Below, piece by piece: positions 32,046 to 42,860 of a stretch of DNA of 64,000 bases (position 1 is its first letter; each line of letters opens with the position of its first letter). The stretch spans positions 320,001-384,000 of the forward strand of contig CAWGKG010000020.1 in NCBI GenBank assembly GCA_963823035.1, in the 5' to 3' direction. A program made the position numbers and the translations under genes. Origin of the DNA: an uncultured Gemmatimonadales bacterium (lineage in GTDB: Bacteria; Gemmatimonadota; Gemmatimonadetes; Longimicrobiales; Gaopeijiaceae). The notes under the pieces are model-generated. The model was not told the DNA's origin. It searched no databases and saw only the letters and a list, made by a program, of their open reading frames with translations.

Positions 32046-32557
32046 GGACGCGTGAAGGCGCCGCCGCGCGCCGGGACGCCGAGGGGCGCAGGGCGCCCGA
32101 TCCCCGCCGAGGCGGCTTCACGCTGGTGGAGCTGCTGGTGGTCGTCTCCATCCTCGGCATCCTCGCCGGGCTGGCGATCCCGAACATGAAGACCATCCTC
32201 CTGCGCGCGCGCGCCACGGAGCTCGCCGGCGACATGGACGTCGTGCGCGTCGCGACGCAGACCTACAACGGCTACACGCACACCTGGCCGGCCGAGACGT
32301 CGGCGGGAACGGTCCCGCCCGAGCTGACCCCCTACCTCCCCGACGGCTACTCCTTCGTGCGCGACGGCTACCAGCTCGACTTCGAGAACTGGAGCCTTCC
32401 CGCGGGACTTCCGGGCGACCCGAGCACGCACACGCTCATCGGCGTCTCCGTGGTGGTCGTCGATCCGATGCTCGGCAACGCGCTGGTGGAGCTCCTCGGG
32501 AACGCGATCGTCTTTTCGGTGGGGAGCACCCACACGGTGGTCATCGACCGCAGCTGA
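32042..32557 (+). CDS. Type IV pilin / type II secretion pseudopilin
   Basis: Class III signal RRGG|FTLVELLVVVSILGILAGLAIP. Confidence 0.88.
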   Translation: MRTREGAAARRDAEGRRAPDPRRGGFTLVELLVVVSILGILAGLAIPNMKTILLRARATELAGDMDVVRVATQTYNGYTHTWPAETSAGTVPPELTPYLPDGYSFVRDGYQLDFENWSLPAGLPGDPSTHTLIGVSVVVVDPMLGNALVELLGNAIVFSVGSTHTVVIDRS

Positions 32558-32561
32558 CGGA

Positions 32562-32593
32562 CCGGAGGAGGTGGAAACCCCGACCGCCTCCGG
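32562..32593. terminator. Hairpin downstream of the pilin gene
   Basis: CCGGAGG(A)GGT...ACC(G)CCTCCGG stem with one mismatch. Confidence 0.4.
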
Positions 32594-32640
32594 CGTATGA
32601 TCGAGGGAGAAGCGATTCCTCTCCGCCGTCGGCGGTCTCC

Positions 32641-33057
32641 ATGCGGTACGAACAGTCCACCGAAGGCATCCGGGTTCGCGTCGAGCCCATCTACTCCCTG
32701 GCCGAATCCGATCCGGCCGAGGACACCTTCGTGTTCACGTACCGGATCGAGCTGGAGAACGAGGGCTCGGTCGCGGCGCGCCTGCTCTTCCGTCACTGGC
32801 TGATCCACGACTCGGCGGGGGAGGACACCGAGGTCGAGGGGGAAGGCGTGGTCGGCCAACAGCCCAGCCTCGACCCGGGTGATGCGCACCGCTACCGGAG
32901 CTTCTGCGTGCTGCGCTCCCCCGCCGGGTACATGGAGGGGTACTACACCTTCGAGCGCCCGGACGGTGAGCGCTTCCAGGTCGTGGTGCCGCGCTTCGCG
33001 CTCATGGCGCCCGTGCGGAGCCTCTCGGACGACGACGAGCTGCCCGTCATCCACTGA
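32641..33057 (+). CDS. apaG: ApaG protein
   Basis: FTYRIELEN, RHWLIHD, VEGEGVVGQQP, YRSFCVL..GYMEGYY. Confidence 0.93.
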   Translation: MRYEQSTEGIRVRVEPIYSLAESDPAEDTFVFTYRIELENEGSVAARLLFRHWLIHDSAGEDTEVEGEGVVGQQPSLDPGDAHRYRSFCVLRSPAGYMEGYYTFERPDGERFQVVVPRFALMAPVRSLSDDDELPVIH

Positions 33058-34244
33058 CCCCGGGCCGCCGGCGAACCGCGTAGACCACGCCCACGCCCAG
33101 GAGCCAGGCCGCCAGAGCGGCGGCGATCGTGCGGGCACGTGCGCGCAGACGCGACTGCGCCGCGCCCGACTCCGGGGTCGTGGCCACGACGAAGGCGTCC
33201 GGCCGGGTCCGCAGCGCCGCGTACGCCGAAGGCCCACGCTGCGTCATCACCCTCCCGGTCGTGGTGAAGGAGGCGGGCGGCGCGGGAAGGGCGGCCAGGG
33301 CGGGCGCGGGTCCGGCAAGGGTGCTCGACAGGACCTGCCCCCGGTCGACGAGCGCGACGTCGAAGCCCGTCAGGCTCCCCACGGCCTCCGCCGAGCCGGT
33401 CACGTCCCGCACGGTGGCAGCGGCCAGCGCGCGGGTGAGGTCCTCGACGTCGACCTCCCGCACCCTCGCGTCGAACTCCCGGTCCATCTGGATCATGAAC
33501 GCTCCGGCCGTCAGCGCGGGAATGAGCGCCAGGAGCACCATCGAGCGCGATCTGCCGGGCGGAGCGGCGCGGGGCTTTCCCGCGATCTGGACCCACCCCG
33601 ACAGGGTGGCGAAGAGGAGGAGGAGCGCGATGGTCAGCACCAGGGGAACGGGCACCGGTCCCGGCACCCGGTCGCGCCGCAGGGCCAGCGCGACGACGGC
33701 CGCGTCCGCGATGGAGCCCCCTCCCAGGGCGGCCAGCGCACCGGCCGGCGGCGGGCTCTCCGACCCCGGAAGAACCTCGGGCCCCGCGGGCTCCTCCGTG
33801 CTCGCCCACCGGCGTCCGTTCAGGTAGAGGGAGAGCGCGTAGCCCGTGGCGCGGCCGATCCGGCTCGGCTCGCCGCCGTCGAGCGGCGCGGCCGCGAAGC
33901 GCACGCTCCCGGGCGGGTCTCCGTCCCTCGGGCGGCGTCAGCGCGAACACCTCCGGTACGCCGCCGCCCGCCCGGATCCCGGTGACGGTGTCGCCGGCGA
34001 GGGCACGCGCGACGGCCGTCTGCGTGCTGTCCAGGTCCGTCGTGGCCGCGGCCGCCGCGAGGACGGAGTCCGTCGCGCGGCCGAGGTCCTGCTCGAAGGC
34101 CGTGAGGAGCATGCGTGCGACGCGGGCGTCGGAGGCGTGACGCACCTCCGACCATTCCGAGCGGGCGACCGCGAGGATGGCCGCCACCGCGAGGGCCGAA
34201 GGGAGGACCACCGCGAGGAGGAAGATCAGATAGGGACGCTTCAA
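33047..34244 (-). CDS. Hypothetical multi-pass membrane protein with extracytoplasmic domains; indel near 33910
   Basis: N-terminal TM YLIFLLAVVLPSALAVAAIL; further TMs PLVLTIALLLLFATLSGW, MVLLALIPALTAGAF, IAAALAAWLLGVGVVYAV across ORFs 32943-34244 and 33047-33904. Confidence 0.6.
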
Positions 34245-34372
34245 AGGTCGGTCGGTCGGTAGGAAGATGAAAGGCGGGATCGGGTCTACGCGTTTTGCCG
34301 GGAAAGCTCTATCTTGTTATCCCTGAACTGTTTTCACCCACTTCATCCAAAAAGACCGGACAAGGGGGCGAA

Positions 34373-34564
34373 GTGAGCGATGCGGTCGCAGTCGACGCCA
34401 AGCGCATCCTGCTGCGCTACGGGGCGCCGATCTCCGTGCTGGACAAGATCACCGAGACGGACCGGATCGAGTTCGCCCGGACGATCACGCGCACGGCTCT
34501 CCCGGACCGCGAAGCGCGCCTGCGCGAGCTTCTGGCAGAGCACGGCTACTCGAAGAAGAGCTGA
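34373..34564 (+). CDS. Small hypothetical protein (63 aa)
   Basis: GTG with purine-rich RBS (AAGGGGG); typical codon usage; AKRILLRYGAPISVLDKI..REARLRELLAEHGY; fills an intergenic gap. Confidence 0.7.
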   Translation: MSDAVAVDAKRILLRYGAPISVLDKITETDRIEFARTITRTALPDREARLRELLAEHGYSKKS

Positions 34565-34567
34565 TCG

Positions 34568-36362
34568 TCAACTCTCCGCGACCTCGAGCGTGCGCGTGGC
34601 GTCCAGCGGTAGCTGAACCGCGACGCGTGTGCGTCCACCCTCCATCGACATCTCCAGGTCGGCCGGCTCGCCGTCCACCCGTGCGTCGGCCATCCGGCCG
34701 GGCAGCGACGGCTCGAGCACGGCCATGACCGGAACCCGTCCGCCCAGGGGCTCCAACCGGAAGAGGTGAGTGCCGCCTTCGCGGCGGTACTCGAGGCTGA
34801 TCCGCGCCTCGGCCACGCGCAGGTTTCGCACCACGAACGACCGCACGTGCGCCGGTAGCGCGGGGGCGACCCGCAGCCGTCCGGCGGGAGCGTCCGGGGC
34901 GATCCCGAGGACGCCGTGCACGAGCGTAGCCAGGAGGAGCCCCGTCGCGGGCGCGCCGCCCGCTCCGTCCGGCCCGGGGTCCCACGAGCCCCGTCCGGCG
35001 GGCCCGGCCTCCATCCCGGCGGAGAGGGTTCGCCTCCAGGCGGTCCACGCTTCCTCGCTGCGACCCTCGACCGCCGCCGTCCACGCGGCCAACGCCTCCG
35101 GCGGGCGCCCCTGGGGCCGGCTTCGGCTGGACGGAGCTCCGGCGCCGACCAGGTGGCCCGGCCACGAGCTTCCGTGCGTCGGGGGCGCACCGGCCATGGG
35201 CAGGCGCATGCCACCCCCGGCCAGCGCCGGCGCGCGCGCCGCCTCCGCGCGCAGGGTGTCGAGGTCGGCCTCCGCCGTGGCGTGCCGCAGGGCGTCCGCG
35301 AGCGTCGCGAGCGCGGCCGGCCATCCACGCCACGTCTCGGATCCGGACCGGCGAAGGCGCTCGAGGCTCTCCGGCCGGAGCGCGGCCAGGCGGTCCAGGG
35401 CGGCGTCCTGGTCGCCGGAGGCCAACGCGTGCCGCGCGGCGAGCAGGGCGGCGAGCGCGCCGGCGTTCTCCACCTCGTCGAGCCGCTCGAGCGCGCGCCG
35501 GCCGGCGGCGTGGTCCCCGCACGCCAGCGCGCCCACACCGGACCAGAAGAGGTCGTCGGGAGCCGCCGGTCCGGCGCGCTGAAGCGCGGCCTGCAAGCGA
35601 TGGGTGGCCCAGACCACGGCGTCGTCGATCTCCGCGACGCCGCTTCCGCACCACCAGGGTGTCCGTCTTTCCCGGGTCGGCGGCGGCGGCCGCGCGGATC
35701 TCGTGCGCCGCCAGGTGGGGGGCGGCCGCCAGCGCCCGCGCGATCTCCTTCGCCGTACCGCCCGCGAGCAGGAGCGTCACGCGCGGCGCGCCGGACACCA
35801 CGGCGCGCACGCGCACCCCTCCGCCCTCCGCCGCGCGCACCGACCACTCCTCCGGCATGGGGTCGATCGTGACGTCGACACCCTCCTCGCGCCCCTCCGC
35901 GACGGCGCGCACGCCGCCGGCGTCGGCGCGGTAGCGCACGTCGTGCACGCCCGGCAGGAGCGTCACCTCGAGCGTCAGCCCGGACAGCTCGGGCGCGCCG
36001 GGTGGCGCCGCCCACTGCGCCGCCACGAGCGGGAGGGCGGGAACGGCGAGGAGGAACTCCATCACGGACCCGCGCGCGCCGTGCAGCTCCCGGCGCAGCG
36101 TGGCCGGCCCGACGACGACGTTCGCCGCGGGTCCGGCGTCGGTTCGCAGCCCCTCCGCCACGCGATCTCCGCCGATCCGGATCGACGAGGCACCTCCGCG
36201 CTCGGTGCCGGTCACCGCGACACGCTCGCCCTCCAGGAGGAAGGGCATGGAGCCCGCCGCGGCCGCGCGTACCACGGGCGCTTCCGTGCCACCCAACGAC
36301 GCGGGCGCCCCGGGGAGGAGCGCCCGCACCAGCGTCGGGTCCACCCGGACCCCCGGACTCAC
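34568..36362 (-). CDS. Divergent glycoside hydrolase-like protein (amylo-alpha-1,6-glucosidase/GDE-like C-terminus); indel near 35645
   Basis: C-terminal TLVHGVLGIAPDAPAGRLRVAPALP..NLRVAEARISLEY is typical of (alpha/alpha)6 GH C-terminal modules; GTGA overlap with the M16 peptidase stop. Confidence 0.5.
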
Positions 36363-39142
36363 GATCCGATCTTCGCCTTGGCGCCCGCGAAGTCGCCCGG
36401 CCTTCACGATCGTGATCTTCGACAGGTCGAGCCGGCGCTTCACGGCCGCGTTGACCTCGTCCAGGGTCAGGGCACGGATCTTCTCCTCGAGGGTGGCGTC
36501 GAACGCGGAAGGTGCGGTCGAAGTACAGGTTCGACGAGATCTGTCCCGCGAGCGAGCCGTCCTGGGCCCGCGCGAGCTGGAAGCTCTCCAGCATCCCCTG
36601 CTTCGAGGTGGTCAGCTCCTCCTCGGTGAAGCCGTCCGTCAGCACCTTCTGCATCTCCTCCTTGAAGGCCGCCTCGAGCTTCTCCGCGTTCTCCGGGGCG
36701 TAGATCGCGAACGCGCTGAACGACCCGACCGGGTCGACGGGATGTCCGTCGATGCTCCCCGCCACGCCGTAGGACAGCCCGTCCTGCACGCGGATGCGCT
36801 TGGCGAGCCTCGAGTTGAGCACGCCGCCGCCGATCATGTAGCCGGCCAGCGTCAGCGCGGCGTAGTCGGGGTCGGCGTCCCTGAGCTCGAGGTTCTGCTG
36901 CGCGAAGAAGAAGGCGTTGGCCTTGTCCGGCGTCTCGATCTGGATCTCGTCCGCGGGGACGTCGCGGAAGGGCTCCGCGATCCGCGTATAGGCATGCGGG
37001 CTCGTCCAGTCGCCGAACGCCTCCTCGATGGCGGCGCGCACCTCGTCCGGGTCGAAGTCCCCCACCACCACGATGTTGCCCGACTGTGGGCCGTAGAAGT
37101 CGTGGTAGAACGCCTGCACCTGGTCGAGCGTCACGCCCTGCAGGTCGGCGATCTCCTCGTCCACGGTGCCGACGTGGCGGGGGTGTCCCTCCGGCCACGG
37201 GCTCATGTGACGCTGGAGGGCGATCTGGGCGAGCGTGCCCGGATCCGAGCGCGCCTCCTCGTACTGTGCGAGACGCTGCTCCTTCAGCACCTGGAACTCG
37301 CTCTCGGGGAAGGACGGCGTGCGCACGATCTCGCCCATGAGGCGGATCACGTCGGCGACGCTGGCGCGCACGGTCGTCATCTGACCGGTTCCCGTCGTCG
37401 CGCTTCCCGCGATGCCGCCCGACGCCTTGAGGCGGTCGAGCTCGTCCTGGATCTCCTGGCGCGAGTGCCGCTCCGTGCCCCGCATCAGCATGGCGCCCGC
37501 GACGGACCCGGCCGCCGCGCGCCCCATGAGGGCCCGCTCGTCGCCGAACTGGAGGCGGAGGCGGACCACGGCCGCGTCACCGCGCGTCTGCTTCGCCAGA
37601 AGCGCCACCTTCATGCCGTTGTCGAGCGTGAAGGTGGTGGTACGCGCGTCGACGTTGGCCGGGCTCGGATCGAACGCCTCGCCCTCGGCGACCGCCGCCC
37701 GCCCTTCGTAGCCGTCGACCATCGCCGACACGTCGGGCGCTTCGGGGATCACGGCCCGGTCCGGCTGGTCGGTCGGATAGAAGAGCCCGACGGTCCGGTT
37801 GTCCGGCTTGAGGTACGTCTGCGCGACGCGGTTCACGTCGTCCGCGGTGACCTTCTGCAGCCCGTCCCGATACAGGAAGAGCAGGCGCCAGTCACCCATC
37901 GCCGCCCACTCGGAGAGCTGGAGCGCGATACCCGCGGAATTGTTGAACGACAACTCGATCTGCTTGAGGAGGGCGGCCTTCGCGCGTGCGACCTCCTCGC
38001 CCGTGATCGGGCTTCTGCCGCACGCCCTCGACGGTCTCGTTCAGGACGCGCCACGCCTGGTCGAGGTCCCCGTCCTTGCGCACCTCGGCCACCGCGAAGA
38101 GCGGCCCCGCCTCCCGGAGCTGGTAGGCGTAGGCGGCGGCGCTCGAGGCGATCTTCGTCTCCACCAGCGCCTTGTACAGCCTCCCCGAGGGCGTGTCGCC
38201 GAGCGTGTAGGCCAGCACGTCCACGGCGGGGAAGTCGGGGTGCGATCCGGGCGGGACGTGATACATCGTGCTCACGAGCTGCACGTCGCCCACGCGGCGC
38301 AGCGTGACCATGCGCTCACCGTCCTGCGTCGGCTCGTCGGTGTAGGTCGGGTAGATGTGCGCCGCCCCGTCGCGGTTCGGGCGCGGGACGGTGCCGAACT
38401 TCTCCTGGATCACGTCGAGCGCTTGGTCCGCGTCGAAGTTGCCCGCCACCACCAGCATCGCGTTGTCCGGCTGGTAGTACTTCCTGTAGAAGGCCTGCAG
38501 CCGCTCGATGGGCACGTCCTCCACGTCGGAGCGCGCGCCGATGGTGGAGTTCCCGTAGTTGTGCCAGAGGTACGCGGTCGACAGCACCCGCTCGGTGAGG
38601 ACGTTCTGCGGGCTGTTCTCCCCGCCCTCCATCTCGTTGCGGACCACGGTCATCTCCGAATCGAGGTCCTTCTTCGCGATGAAGGAGTTCACCATCCGGT
38701 CGGCCTCGAGGTCGAGCGCCCACGCCACGTTCTCGGCGGAAGCCGGGAAGATCTCGAAGTAGTTCGTCCGATCGTACCAGGTGGTGCCGTTCGGCTGCGC
38801 GCCCTTCTCGGTGAACTCCTGCGTGATGTCGGGATGCGTGGGCGTGCCCTTGAAGACCATGTGCTCCAGGAGGTGCGCCATCCCCGTCTCCCCGTAGCCC
38901 TCGTTCCGCGAGCCGACGAAGTAGGTGATGTTCACGGTCACCTGGGGCTTGGAGGCGTCGGGGAAGAGGAGGACGCGGAGCCCGTTGTCGAGCCGGTACT
39001 CCGTGATTCCCTCCACGCTCGTGACGGGCTCGAGCTGCGTGACCGTCTGCGCGTCGGCCGGCGTCGTCTCCATGGGCGCGACCACGGCGACGAGGGCGAG
39101 CAGGCCCATCCTCCCGAGGGTAGGTGCGGGTCGGCGGGTCAT
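36359..39142 (-). CDS. Secreted pitrilysin-family (M16) zinc peptidase; indels near 38010, 36510 and 36395
   Basis: Signal peptide; GETGMAHLLEHMVFKG (HxxEH); NGTTWYDRTNY; EMTVVRNE; FYRKYYQPDNA; RLAKRIRVQDGLSYG. Confidence 0.93.
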
Positions 39143-39264
39143 GGTACCTCCTTGGCGTGCGTTCCCGCCGGGGCGGGTGGAAGTGTTCTCAGACTACACG
39201 CAGCGCGCGCAGTCGGTTCAGGGCGGCGGCGAGCTCGTGGCGGCGAAACGCCGAGAGGTCTCCG
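38691..39264 (+). repeat. 574-bp direct repeat, left copy
   Basis: Base-by-base identical to 44332-44905 except G38759 vs A44400; holds the 5' part of the M16 gene, the intergenic region and the 3' end of the ABC-ATPase gene. Confidence 0.97.
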
Positions 39265-39361
39265 CGCCTCGTCGCCTTCGTGCCCCCGCCTCGTATGCAC
39301 AGCCACGGTGCCCGCGTCGCGCACGATGGCGGTTTCCGGACGGACGCACCATGGTTGAAAG

Positions 39362-39865
39362 ATGGACATCTACCGCGCTTGGTGCGGCGTGCACCTCGGA
39401 GCAACGCCGGTCGAGGCCTCGCCTCCAGGGAGGAACAGTCACGGCATTTGCACCGACTGCTCCTCCTCGCTCCTCGGCGAGACCAGGACGCCGGTAGAGG
39501 AGTTCCTCCGTGGGCTCGGCGTGCCTGTGCTCCTCGTGGGCGACAACGTGGAGGTGCTCGACGCGAACCAAGCCGCTCTCGGCGTGTTGGGAAAGGCCGT
39601 CGATGCCGTCACGGGACGCCTGGGCGGAAAGGTGTTCGAGTGTGACAACGCCCACCTCCCGGGTGGGTGCGGGCGTACGATTCACTGTACGGGGTGCGTG
39701 CTTCGCCGCACGGTGACGACCACCTACCAGCAGGGAACGCCACAGGTGCGGGTGCCGGCCTCCCTGAAGGTGCGCACCGGCGCCGGCCCCGGGAGCGTCG
39801 ACCTGCTCATCACGACCGCCCGCGTCGGCGGTCGCGTGCTCGTGAAGTTCGAAACCGCGCCCTGA
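39362..39865 (+). CDS. Cys-rich protein: N-terminal metal-binding motif plus PAS-like domain
   Basis: AWC..SHGICTDC; VPVLLVGDNVEVLDANQAA (PAS-like); ECDNAHLPGGCGRTIHCTGCVLR. Confidence 0.75.
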   Translation: MDIYRAWCGVHLGATPVEASPPGRNSHGICTDCSSSLLGETRTPVEEFLRGLGVPVLLVGDNVEVLDANQAALGVLGKAVDAVTGRLGGKVFECDNAHLPGGCGRTIHCTGCVLRRTVTTTYQQGTPQVRVPASLKVRTGAGPGSVDLLITTARVGGRVLVKFETAP

Positions 39866-39979
39866 GCTCGCCGGCGGGGGCGCCGGACGCGGGCTGAGCT
39901 GGATCGAGCGACGCTCCCCCGAGCATCCGCGCGTCGGGCGACAGCCCACGCTTGCCGCGGGTTCGGGCCTGGGGTAGCG

Positions 39980-40495
39980 TTGAATCAGGTCCCCCCCTGC
40001 ATTTCCCTTGGGAGGCGCCGAATCATCGCCGACCGACGTCGTCGGGGCTTCACGCTGGTCGAAGTGATCCTGGTCTTGGTCGTGATCGGGGTGTTGGCCG
40101 GCTTAGCCCTGCCTGCCATGAGCCGGATCCGAACGCGCGCGGCGATCCAGAATGGACGCGCCGCGGTCGCTTCGGCTCTCGCCACCGCCCGTTCGGCCGC
40201 TACGCGCTGGGGACGCTCCACCGTGCTGCGGATCGACGTGGTCGATGACGTGGTTTGGGTTGTGGTCGACACCAGCTTCGGCGGGAGCGGGGGGGATACG
40301 TTGGTATTGGGACGTTTCGATCTCCGTGCCGACATGGGACTCGACCTCGCCTCCGACCGGGCCGCGCTCTGTTTCGACAGCCGCGGTGTGGGAACGACCG
40401 GATCCGCCTGTCCAGCGACGGGCGCCCGCCTGATCCTGAGGCACGGCGGGACCGCCGACACCCTCCTCGTGAACGCGGCGGGACGCCTATGGTGA
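39980..40495 (+). CDS. FimT/GspH-type minor pilin
   Basis: RRRG|FTLVEVILVLVVIGVL; ALATARSAA; LCFDSRG; LVNAAGRL. Confidence 0.85.
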   Translation: MNQVPPCISLGRRRIIADRRRRGFTLVEVILVLVVIGVLAGLALPAMSRIRTRAAIQNGRAAVASALATARSAATRWGRSTVLRIDVVDDVVWVVVDTSFGGSGGDTLVLGRFDLRADMGLDLASDRAALCFDSRGVGTTGSACPATGARLILRHGGTADTLLVNAAGRLW

Positions 40496-40866
40496 GCCAC
40501 CACCGCGGCCCCGAGGACCCATCGGCCAGGTCAGGCTTCACGCTCATCGAGATCATCGTGGCGCTCGTGTTTCTCTCGGTCGTCGCGATCGCTCTGGGCG
40601 GCGCGACTCAGCAGGCTACACGCACACTGCGCCGCTCCCGCGCGGAGCTCGGAGCCGCGCGGTTCCTGGACGCGGAGGTGGAGCGCCTGCGCATCCTCGA
40701 CTACGACTCCCTGGCGGACGGTGCCCGGACGCGTGGCCGGGGGATCGCCACCTGGACGGTGACCGACTCGCTGACGTTCCGGCAGGTGCTCGTCGAGACC
40801 CGCTACGGGTCCCCTGCCACGGGTCTCCTCGTCGACTCGGTAACCCTCTTCCGGACTCGCCCGTGA
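40489..40866 (+). CDS. PilV/GspI-type minor pilin
   Basis: RSG|FTLIEIIVALVFLSV; EVERLR; overlaps its neighbours. Confidence 0.8.
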   Translation: MVSHHRGPEDPSARSGFTLIEIIVALVFLSVVAIALGGATQQATRTLRRSRAELGAARFLDAEVERLRILDYDSLADGARTRGRGIATWTVTDSLTFRQVLVETRYGSPATGLLVDSVTLFRTRP

Positions 40867-41654
40867 CCGCGCGGGCGAGGGCCGGCTTCACGCTCGTGGA
40901 GCTCCTGCTGGTGGCGGTGCTCGGCAGCCTGGTGATCGGGGCGCTCTATCAGGCGCACGTGCAGCAGACCCGCTTCTCGGTGTGGGAGAACCAGGTGGTC
41001 CGGGACCATGACGCCTTTCGCGTCGCGGAGTCGGTCCTGGCCGGAGACCTGCGCGAGGTCGTAGCCGCCGCAGGGGATGTAGAGCAACACACACCCGACT
41101 CGCTTTCCGTCCGGGCTCCCGTCGGTTTCGGCCTCGTGTGCTCCGTGCGCGCCAACCCCGCGTCGATCGGTGTGACCCGCTCCCAGGGCCGCATGTGGAG
41201 CAACCCGGCGGACAGCCTGCTGGTCTACACGAGTGGCGGGTGGCGAACCCTCGAGCCCACCCACGAGCAGACGTCGATCCCGGCGAGCCTGCACTGTCCC
41301 TTCGGCACCCCTCTACCGGACCACCTGTACCGGCTGGATCGTGGTGCGGCGGATTCCGTGTCGGTCGGGGCGCCCGTGCGCGTCTTCCGGCGCCGCACCT
41401 ATCACGTGGGCACCAACCGCGGCGAGCCCTGGCTGGCGCGTACGGACGCGGATGGCACCCAGATGCTGGTGGGCCCGATCGCGGCAGGCGGGCTCCGCTT
41501 CCGGTTGCTGGACGAAAAGGGGCTCCAGACGGGCGTTCTCGCCGACGTCACCGGCATCGAGACCCAGCTCGTGCTTCCCCTCACGCCGATCACGGCGGGG
41601 TCGACCGCGACGGCAGACACGCTTCTCATCGCGTTCCAGGGGCGGAACCGATGA
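40863..41654 (+). CDS. PilW/GspJ-type minor pilin
   Basis: RAG|FTLVELLLVAVLG; LAGDLRE; C-terminal RN. Confidence 0.8.
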   Translation: MTARARAGFTLVELLLVAVLGSLVIGALYQAHVQQTRFSVWENQVVRDHDAFRVAESVLAGDLREVVAAAGDVEQHTPDSLSVRAPVGFGLVCSVRANPASIGVTRSQGRMWSNPADSLLVYTSGGWRTLEPTHEQTSIPASLHCPFGTPLPDHLYRLDRGAADSVSVGAPVRVFRRRTYHVGTNRGEPWLARTDADGTQMLVGPIAAGGLRFRLLDEKGLQTGVLADVTGIETQLVLPLTPITAGSTATADTLLIAFQGRNR

Positions 41655-42823
41655 AGCGTTCCGGCTTCGCCCTGCCGCTCGCTGTCGCGATCATGGTCGC
41701 CGTATCCATCATAGCGGTCACGGCGCTCCAGGTCGCGACGAGTGATTTTCAGGCGAATCGGGCCATGAGGTTGGCGTCGCGCGCCCTTTTCGCGGCGGAC
41801 GCCGGCGCCGATCGAACCGTCGCGCGCTGGAGCAGCGGCCCGTTCGGTAGCCTGGCGCCGGGCGACAGCGCGAGCACCGGGTGGATCTCGTTGCCGGACG
41901 GGTCGAGTTACCAGAGCCAGATCCTGCGTGTCGACGACGGGACCGGCGCGGCACCCCTGTACCGGGTCGTCACGGAGGGCCGACCGAGCCACCGGTCCCA
42001 GGCACGTCGCCGCATCATCACCATGGTCGTGGGGGGCGGCGGCGGCGCCGCGTGTTGTGGCTCGGCCGTCAAGATCGTGGGCCACCTCACGCTCCGCGCC
42101 TCGGGCTCGTCCGGTGGAGGACACGGTTCTTGGACCCCGACACCGCAGGCGGACGGGCGCGACCACATCCCCTCGGCATGGTCGGGCTTGTGCCCGACTC
42201 CGGGATCGGCCCTTCCCGGTGTCGAGATCGACCGCAGCTCGAACCTGACACTGCGGAGAGACGCGAACGTGGCGGGCACCCCGCCCGTCCTGGAAGCCCC
42301 CTCCCTCGACCCCGCGCTCACGAACGTGGTCGCGGGCGGCGCGTACGCCGATCTCGCTGCGGCCGCCGACATCGAGTTCGGTGGGTCCAGCACCCGTATT
42401 CGCGATAGCATCCGACCGTCCGCCTCGGGGGGCGCCTGCAATACGGACGACACACGGAACTGGGGAGCTCCGGGCACCCCCACCTCCGCCTGCTGGGACT
42501 ACCTCCCGGTCATCCACGCGGCCGGGAACCTGCGGATCGACGCCGCCGGGGAGGGTCAAGGGATCCTGCTCGTCGACGGCGACCTGACCATCACGGACGA
42601 CTTCGACTTCTACGGCGTCGTCGTGGTGAAGGGTGAGGTCAACCTGCGGGGCGACGCGACCATCACGGGCACGCTCCTCGTCGGGAATCGCTCTGGCAGT
42701 GGGGATTCCCAGATCCGCGACGACGCGGGCGTGCGCTACAGCGCCTGTGCCACCGCCCGGGCCACAGCAGGAATGGGCGACGCCAGCTTCCTTCCGGGCC
42801 GCCACTGGTTCGAGGTACCCTGA
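41651..42823 (+). CDS. PilX/GspK-type minor pilin
   Basis: RSG|FALPLAVAIM (no Glu5, as in PilX); RALFAADAG; C-terminal GQGILLVDGDL..FYGVVVVKG..W.E. Confidence 0.8.
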   Translation: MKRSGFALPLAVAIMVAVSIIAVTALQVATSDFQANRAMRLASRALFAADAGADRTVARWSSGPFGSLAPGDSASTGWISLPDGSSYQSQILRVDDGTGAAPLYRVVTEGRPSHRSQARRRIITMVVGGGGGAACCGSAVKIVGHLTLRASGSSGGGHGSWTPTPQADGRDHIPSAWSGLCPTPGSALPGVEIDRSSNLTLRRDANVAGTPPVLEAPSLDPALTNVVAGGAYADLAAAADIEFGGSSTRIRDSIRPSASGGACNTDDTRNWGAPGTPTSACWDYLPVIHAAGNLRIDAAGEGQGILLVDGDLTITDDFDFYGVVVVKGEVNLRGDATITGTLLVGNRSGSGDSQIRDDAGVRYSACATARATAGMGDASFLPGRHWFEVP

Positions 42824-42860
42824 TGCCCCTCCTCCCCCGCGCACGACAGGTGACGGCGTC

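Noticed and set aside
39189..39404. 71-aa ORF ending like the ABC-ATPase
   Set aside because: Chance ORF reading into the duplicated 3' end; no independent coding signal.
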